Positions 57,924 to 64,000 of a stretch of DNA of 64,000 nucleotides are shown here, one piece after another (positions within the stretch are counted from its first letter, which is position 1; each line of letters starts with the position of its first letter). Source of the stretch: Cyanophora paradoxa CCMP329 (Eukaryota > Plantae > Glaucophyta); contig QPMI01000056.1 in assembly GCA_004431415.1 (NCBI GenBank), positions 62,001 through 126,000 of the forward strand, written 5' to 3'. The translations under genes were made by a program, and so were the position numbers. A model generated the notes under the pieces. It worked only from the letters and a program-made list of their open reading frames with translations, did not search any database and was not told the DNA's origin.

Positions 57924-60741
57924 CTAGGAGAGCACGACAGAGGCGCCGCCCTCGACCAGGAGCGAGCCGCCGCGCAGGAGCAGCCGCGAGACGCGGGGCG
58001 CCAGCGACGCGCCCTGCACGCGCACTCGAAAGTCAGGCGCGGCTTAATTGTATACGAGAAAGGAAGTAATCTAAAGGAGCCTACTTAATTGAGGACGGCC
58101 CTGGTGAAATTGGCATTTGTAGATGTTATCAAGTTATCATAGTATAGCCGAAGAGGCGCGGGCGTAGATTAGACGCGGGGCGCCAAGGACGCGCCCTGTA
58201 TGCGCACGCGCACGCCGCACTCGCGAGTCAGCCTGGCAGGCTGGCAGGCCGGCAGGCACGGCTTCGACAGCGAGAGCTTAGTTTTAGATGAAAGGGGTTT
58301 AAAATTGCATGTATCGGAGCATATATATTTAAGATGCGGGGGTCGCGCGAGATATGTTAAAAAGCTAATATAAATTGAACGTATCAAAGCCAGGTATATA
58401 CCGGCATATATATAGGACGCCAATAACGCGCCCTGCATGCGCTCGCCGCGCTATAGGAGAAAGGAGATAGTCTAAAGGAGCTTATGAAAGGGAGACCCCG
58501 GTGAAAATTGTATCAGTGGATATTCAATGATTTATCAAAGCTTAAGAGGCGCGGGCGTAGATTATATATCAACATCAACGAGCGCACGGTCGCGATACGG
58601 AGGAGGCGCCCGGCGGTGGGCGCGGCCACCGGCTTGGTCGATACGAAGAGGTCGCCCGTGCCCTCGTCCCATGCCGCGCTCTCTGCCAGGTGCGCGCACG
58701 CGCGGGTCAGCTCGCGATCGTGTCGATAAGTCTAACGTGGCTTTGTCTGATTATTAGCTTGCTTGCAATCGCTCGCTTAGCTTGCTAAAATACATGATCG
58801 CTTTTAGTTAGTTAGTTAATTAGTTAGTTAGCTAGCTAGAACACGTCGGCCTAGTCTCATTATAGTTACTGCTCCCATTCGGCGCACGGGGCGTGTTCAG
58901 GCAGGCGTCGGTCCCCGTCCCGACGAGCAGCGAGGCGTTCAGGCACCCCGCGACCGTCACGACCTCCAGCCTCTGCGGAATGAAATTTCAGAGAGTTTCG
59001 GAAGTGAAATTTCAGATGTAGGGGGGGGGGTTGGAGCCTTGGGGGGTACCTTGAGGTCGAGCGCGCGCAGAGACGGCACCCCGCTACCCCCGTCCGTCAC
59101 GAGCTGTACCCCCCTGGTTCGGCGAGGTCGGGGGTCGGGACGAGGGCGGGGTACCAGGTAATCGACCCCCGGGAGGTACTTGATGAACTGAACGCGGGGC
59201 GGGGTCAGGGGTACACGTATGTTGAGGGGTACGCGAAAGCGCCCACCATGGGAAGCTCGAACAAAGCGGAGGCGCAGGGGCCGTCGACGTACCCGTACGA
59301 CGTGACGGTCCCGCTCAGCGCCCTGCGGAACGATGGCTGCTCAGCGCCCTGTACCCCCCCGCCCGGCATTCAAATTTCAATTCCGTACCCGCAGAGGTGG
59401 AAGGGCCCGGCGCGCGTCGCCAAATCGATGTACCGGACCACGTTCCGATTCCCCGCCGCGTCCCCAGACTGTCGCCGGGAGGAGGAAAGGGGGCGGGGGG
59501 TGAGCAGGGGTACCCGGGGTGGGAGGGCGGGGTACCGCGATGTAGAGCCGGTCGCGGGAGGTGTCGACGGCGATACCCGTCCAGTCGTGGGACTGGGGTA
59601 GGACCTTCACGGCGGGCCCGCCCGCCATGGGGGCCTGCGCGGCGGCACTTCTGGGCGACTGGATGGATGAAGGGGAGAAACTTGGGGGGGTACCACGAAC
59701 AGGCCCGCATCGGCGCCGACCCACAGCTGCCTGCACGGCTTGGGCTCGGAAGGGTAGGGGGAGAAGGCAGGTGGGCAGGCAGGGGGGGGGGGGGGGGGGG
59801 GAGTGTTCTTGGGGGTACCGCACCCGCGGGACTCGTCCAATGCGATGGCGAAGACCGAGGTTCCGTTCACGGCCGCCACCTGAGAGGGAGGGGGGTACGT
59901 CGGCGCTCGGGGCCGGCGGGAATCGCAAGGGGGGGTACCTCGAAGATGGAGGAGGGATCGTGGAGGGAGACCCGCAGGACCTAAGGACGGGCGGCGCGGC
60001 TCGGGCGCGGGGGGGCGGGGGGGGGGGGGGGGGCGGGAGGGGGGGGGAGGGGGCGGGGGGTAAAGGATCATAGAACGGACCTTGTACCCCGAGTTGGTGG
60101 TGACGTACCTATCCCCGGGGCGTGGGCGGGGATTGGGGGGCGGGGAACCGCAGCAGGGGCGCCCGGGTACGGGAAAACAGCGCACAGGTTGTTGCAGGCG
60201 GAGTCTACGGCCAGCCCGAGGTTGTAGTAGTACGTCAGGGGCCAGGCGCCGAGATCCACGACGAGGGAAACGGTGTACGGGGGGCTCGTCGTCACCCTCC
60301 GCACCGTGTTGAGCGAGTCCTGCGTGAAGTAGACGTACCCGTCGCAGTACGCCATGTCCTGCGCGAGCGGGCGGCCGCGGGGCGCGCGGCCGCGGTCGCC
60401 GTCAGACATCGATCGGGGCCACGCGGCGGGCGCGGGCGCGGGCGCCGCGGCCGCGGCCGCGGGACGCACGAAGAGACCGGAGAAGCTGGAGGCGGTCCCT
60501 ACGGCAGCGAAAGGCGACGCCACTCAGCGAGATCCGACGCGAAGCAGCGATATCGATCGCAGCGGCCGGGGGCCCACGTGCCTACGCCGTCCTGATCAAG
60601 TGGCGTCCCGGCATCGCTGCCGGCGATGACTTCGACGGGCGGCGGGGGCAGGAACGGGACGACTGTAGCCGCCGCGCTAAGCTGCACGAGCACGAGCAGC
60701 AGCAGCAGCGCCGCCGCGCTCGCGCTCGCGCTCCGCGCCAT
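57924..60741 (-). CDS. Secreted NHL-repeat (six-bladed beta-propeller) protein
   Basis: SP MARSASASAAALLLLLVLVQLSAAA. Blades: VEVIAGSDAGTPLDQDGVGTASSF; DMAYCDGYVYFTQDSLNTVRRV; LGLAVDSACNNLYVT; WTGIAVDTSRDRLYIA; TVAGCLNASLLVGTGTDACLNTPQSAAWDEGTGDLFVS. Last exon GASLAPRVSRLLLRGGSLLVEGGASVVLS*. Confidence 0.8.
57990..58565 (-). repeat. Tandem partial triplication of the NHL gene's final acceptor/terminal exon
   Basis: cag|ggcgcg acceptor copies at 58432, 58195 and 58013. The block gagaaagga..tctaaaggagc...aagaggcgcgggcgtagatta is duplicated (~58056-58171 and ~58458-58564). Confidence 0.75.
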
Positions 60742-61095
60742 GGGCGACGTCAGCTCGCCAGCTGGCGGCCGGGCTCAGTTGCCAGAGTTGCTGACAGGAC
60801 GGCAACTCCCTTCGTACGCTGGAAACTCAAGCCGGAAACGCCGGAAACCCAAGCCGGCGCGGCGCCGCTCAAAAACGGCCGCTGGTAGCCGCGGGGCGGC
60901 TGCGGTTGCGCGTCCGTTCCACTGCTCAAGTCTTATACGCGGCGAACGAGCTGCAAAGAGGCCTGCGGAGGCTTTCGATACCGAGCCGAACTGGAGGACG
61001 GAGTTGGGGTACAAGCTTAAGGCAGGTCAAATGGGTACAGCTTTGGCGCGGTGTGCGCATGGGCTTACGAAGTTCTAAACAGTACTGGAGTAACG

Positions 61096-64000
61096 TTAAC
61101 TGGACCAGGCTTCGCATTCATCATGGGATTCATGGCATGCCACTGAGCCCGGCTGGCAGGCTGTGCGCGTGCGCGGCGGGCCCGCGGAGCTGGAAGATCT
61201 CCATGCTGCAGAAGAGCTCGAGAAGGGCGAGGATCGTCGGATTTGCAATTGCCAGTCGACGTCGACGTCGACGTCGCTATTGCAAGTGCTAGTGAGGCGA
61301 GGGCTCACAGCCGGTGGGGGGCGGGCGAGGGGAGTGGGGGAGCCGGCGGGGCGCCTGTACCCCCGGCGGGCCGCGGAAGGCTGCCTGCTGGGGCCACCCC
61401 GGGGGCGGCGAGGGGCGCGGGCCCGGCGGGCCCGGCGGGCCAGGGGCGCTGCCCAGAAGGCCCGGGCCCGGGCTGGGGCGCGGCGCGGGGGCGGGCGCAG
61501 GGGCGGTGGCGGGGGCGGGGGCGGGGCGGGCCGGGGGCCGGAGGCGGAGTAGGCGGAGGGGAGGGGCCGGGCCCGGTAGCCCCCGCCGGGCCGGTGGGCG
61601 GGGCGCGCGCCGGCCCGCCGGGCGGCCGCGTTCGACTCCAGGAGCCCCGCCAACGCCTCGCGCAGGTGCGGCTCCTGCGGGGCCACAAGTAAGCTGGAGA
61701 AACTAAGCTCGGAGGGGAGTAAGTAAAAGGCCGCATAGAAGGGACTGGAGTCAGATGCCTTCCAAAAACCCTAGATCTAGAGCTAGAGGCTCAGAGCAGG
61801 TCATTCTCGAGTATCACTAGTACCTCGATGGAATCATCAAGAGCGGCCGCTTCTGAGCCCTTCTGAAGGCTTTAAAGCTCGAGATATCAACAAATCGAAG
61901 CTGAAAGAAGGACCCCGATATGTTCCTAGAGTTTCCAGCTTCTTAAGCCTGCTGAAAGCCCTAGAAGCTTGAAGGCCTAATTAAACAAATCGAAGCTAAA
62001 AGAAGGACCTCGATGTGGTCGTCCTCGAGCTGGTTCCCGAGGGTGAGCCACCCCGGCCGCACGTTGTGCGCCCTCCCAAAGATCTCTGTGAAGGAGTACC
62101 CCCCTCAGAAGAGGAGAAGAGGAGAAGAGGGGGTACGCGCCGATCTTGGGGCAGTCGGGGTAGATGCGTTCGATCATGCTGTAGATCTCGTCGGGCTTGC
62201 GGCTCGTCTCCCGCACCTGTGTGCACGTGTACCCCCCTCGCGGCCTCAGAGAAGGCGGGACGGGGCTTGGGGGAGTGGGGGAGGGGGGGGTACGGCGCGC
62301 CTCAGCGACAATGACGTCGCAGTCGATGTTCCGGTGAATGGGCGGGTTGCCCTGCAGCCCAAATCGGATTGGCAGGGAAAAGGCAGGGGGATTTTCTTTA
62401 GTGTCCCGATTTTTAAACCCCACAATTCGAATTCTTAACGACCTGCACCTTTATGCCGACGAGGCAGTGCTCCTTGGAGTGGTTTAGCCAGTGGCCGGTG
62501 CGCCCCGTGCGGATGATCCGCTGCAGCTGGTTCGTCTTCACCTGCGCAGAACGGAGTACACCCCGTCACGAAGACCGAACGGAGTACCCCTCCCTCCGTT
62601 TTTTGTCCGGCGCACCCAGATGATCTCGTCGACGCGCCTGTACCCCCAGATGGACATGCACTCCCGGGCCAGCTCCATAGCCCGGCCCGTGACCCACCTG
62701 CAGAGAGGGGTACGCGTCGCTGCGGGGTTACGAGGTGCGCGCAGGGAGGGGGGTAAAGGCGCACAGAAAGAGCAGGCCATGCTCTGCGAGGCATTGGAGC
62801 TTGATACCCCGCATCTCGTCGTCCGTGAGGGTACCGTAAGGCAGCTGGGGGTACACGAAATGAGAAGAGAGTGGAAAAATGCGGGATCGCTGTACCCCAC
62901 CTCCATGTGGATGTCCCAGGGAGGGTCCGCCATAATCACCCCGAACTGGCCCACCGACTCCCAGGGGAAGCTCCGGACCTGTGGCGGGGGGTATGCGTCC
63001 TTCCGGGGCCGGCGGGGGTACGGGAAACGAACGTCGGCGTTGATCCACTGGGCGGGGCGGGCGCCCGCGAGGTGCCTCCCGACGACGGGGGCGGAAGGGG
63101 GGGACGAGGAGGAACCCGAGGGGCCCGTACCCCCGTCGCCGTTGTCCGGGTCCGGATCGACTTCGTAGTGCACGAACTGAATCGCTTCGTTCGCAGCCAA
63201 ATTCGGGACCGGGGAGGGGCGTACACGATCGCACTTTGCACGTCTTGACGTGGCGGCACGTGTCGAGGTACGAGCAGTCGCCTAGCGTCACCTGGGTACG
63301 AAATTCAGGGGCGGAGGGGGAGGGGAGGCTCTCGAACCGCGCACCTCGGTGTGGGAGTACAGGAGTTGCCGAAAATGGATCTGAGACGTGCGAAGGTCTC
63401 GCGAGGAGTGGGAAGGGGTACGCAAAAAGAAGGAAGGGCGCGCCTTCGGACAAGCCGAGTACGCGGCGCCCGAGGGGCCAGCCCCCGGCCCGTCCTCCTG
63501 CTAGACCTCAGGGGTACCGCCGGAGGCGCATTCGAAGGGGGAAGGGGGGTACGGCACCTGCCGCTGGCGCCGGACGCACTCCTGACGCGTGAGGTGGTGG
63601 CAGTACTCCTTCACGATACCCCCCGCGCTCCGCGAGCGCAGCTGCGCACCGGTCGGCGCGATCGGAACCGGCGAACGAAGTCACCTGAGTCCGGGAATCG
63701 GCGTACCCGGGCCAGGGCCTCCCTCTCTTTCACAGAGCGGGCGTTGAGGAGCTCGGCGATCTCCGCCCCGACGCGCCCCGCCTCCCGCGCCTGTTTCGAC
63801 CCCAATTTAAGTCAGGGGGGTACGCGATTTCTTTCCGTTCGGGAAGGGTACAGTGGACGCTCGCCTTGAAGGTGGAGTGCCCGAGCAGGCGCTGCAGCTC
63901 GGACGCAGGCTCGGCTGCGGGGGTACTCGGATTCGGAGCTGGGAGGAGGTCGAGGGGGGTACGCACCCTCCCGGGCGGTGGAGGAGGAGGCAAAGAGAGC
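61096..64000 (-). CDS. METTL3: mRNA m6A methyltransferase catalytic subunit (MT-A70 family); 5' end outside window
   Basis: CCCH fingers [44 protein letters not shown]; AQWINADVR; [27 protein letters not shown]; [13 protein letters not shown]; [33 protein letters not shown]; [20 protein letters not shown]; [20 protein letters not shown]. 3' end approximate. Confidence 0.97.

Noticed and set aside
1-64000. tRNA, rRNA or snRNA genes
   Set aside because: None were recognised by eye; tRNAscan-SE/Infernal would be needed to exclude them

Overview
This is a 64-kb window of a very GC-rich, intron-dense eukaryotic nuclear genome, probably a unicellular alga or protist. A bestrophin with a plastid-type presequence and GTGCG/GTACC/GC donors would fit a glaucophyte-like alga, but that is inference only. 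The six-frame ORF track is mostly GC-rich shadow ORFs, so gene models were rebuilt by hand across short GT/GC-AG introns. Genes found: (1) a protein with four divergent AP2/ERF-like repeats (<1-4728 +); (2) a type-I membrane Ig-like repeat protein (8054-11290 -), head-to-head with (3) SDF2 (11481-12600 +); (4) a large p25alpha/EF-like + TPR protein (12893-22195 -), head-to-head with (5) a UPF0187 bestrophin-like channel (22730-27255 +); (6) a ~15-kb receptor gene: signal peptide, ricin-like lectin, bacterial-adhesin-like domain, REJ, GAIN/GPS, one TM, 8 cytoplasmic FN3 (28215-43293 -); (7) a degenerate single-pass membrane gene (~50.9-53.8 kb -); (8) a secreted NHL beta-propeller (57924-60741 -); (9) METTL3/IME4 (61.1->64 kb -). 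The 43.3-57.9 kb block is TE/repeat terrain: a long-TIR element, two TA-flanked MITEs, minisatellites and a decayed copy of the bestrophin 3' end. The most unusual signals are four: a pervasive X-revcomp(X)-X micro-inverted-triplication signature visible between paralogous copies; serial TA-[C/G/CCG/CGG/CAG]-TA strings resembling excision footprints; a gene-body-restricted GTACCC enrichment; and the polycystin-like receptor with intracellular FN3 repeats. Exon boundaries and composition estimates are by eye.
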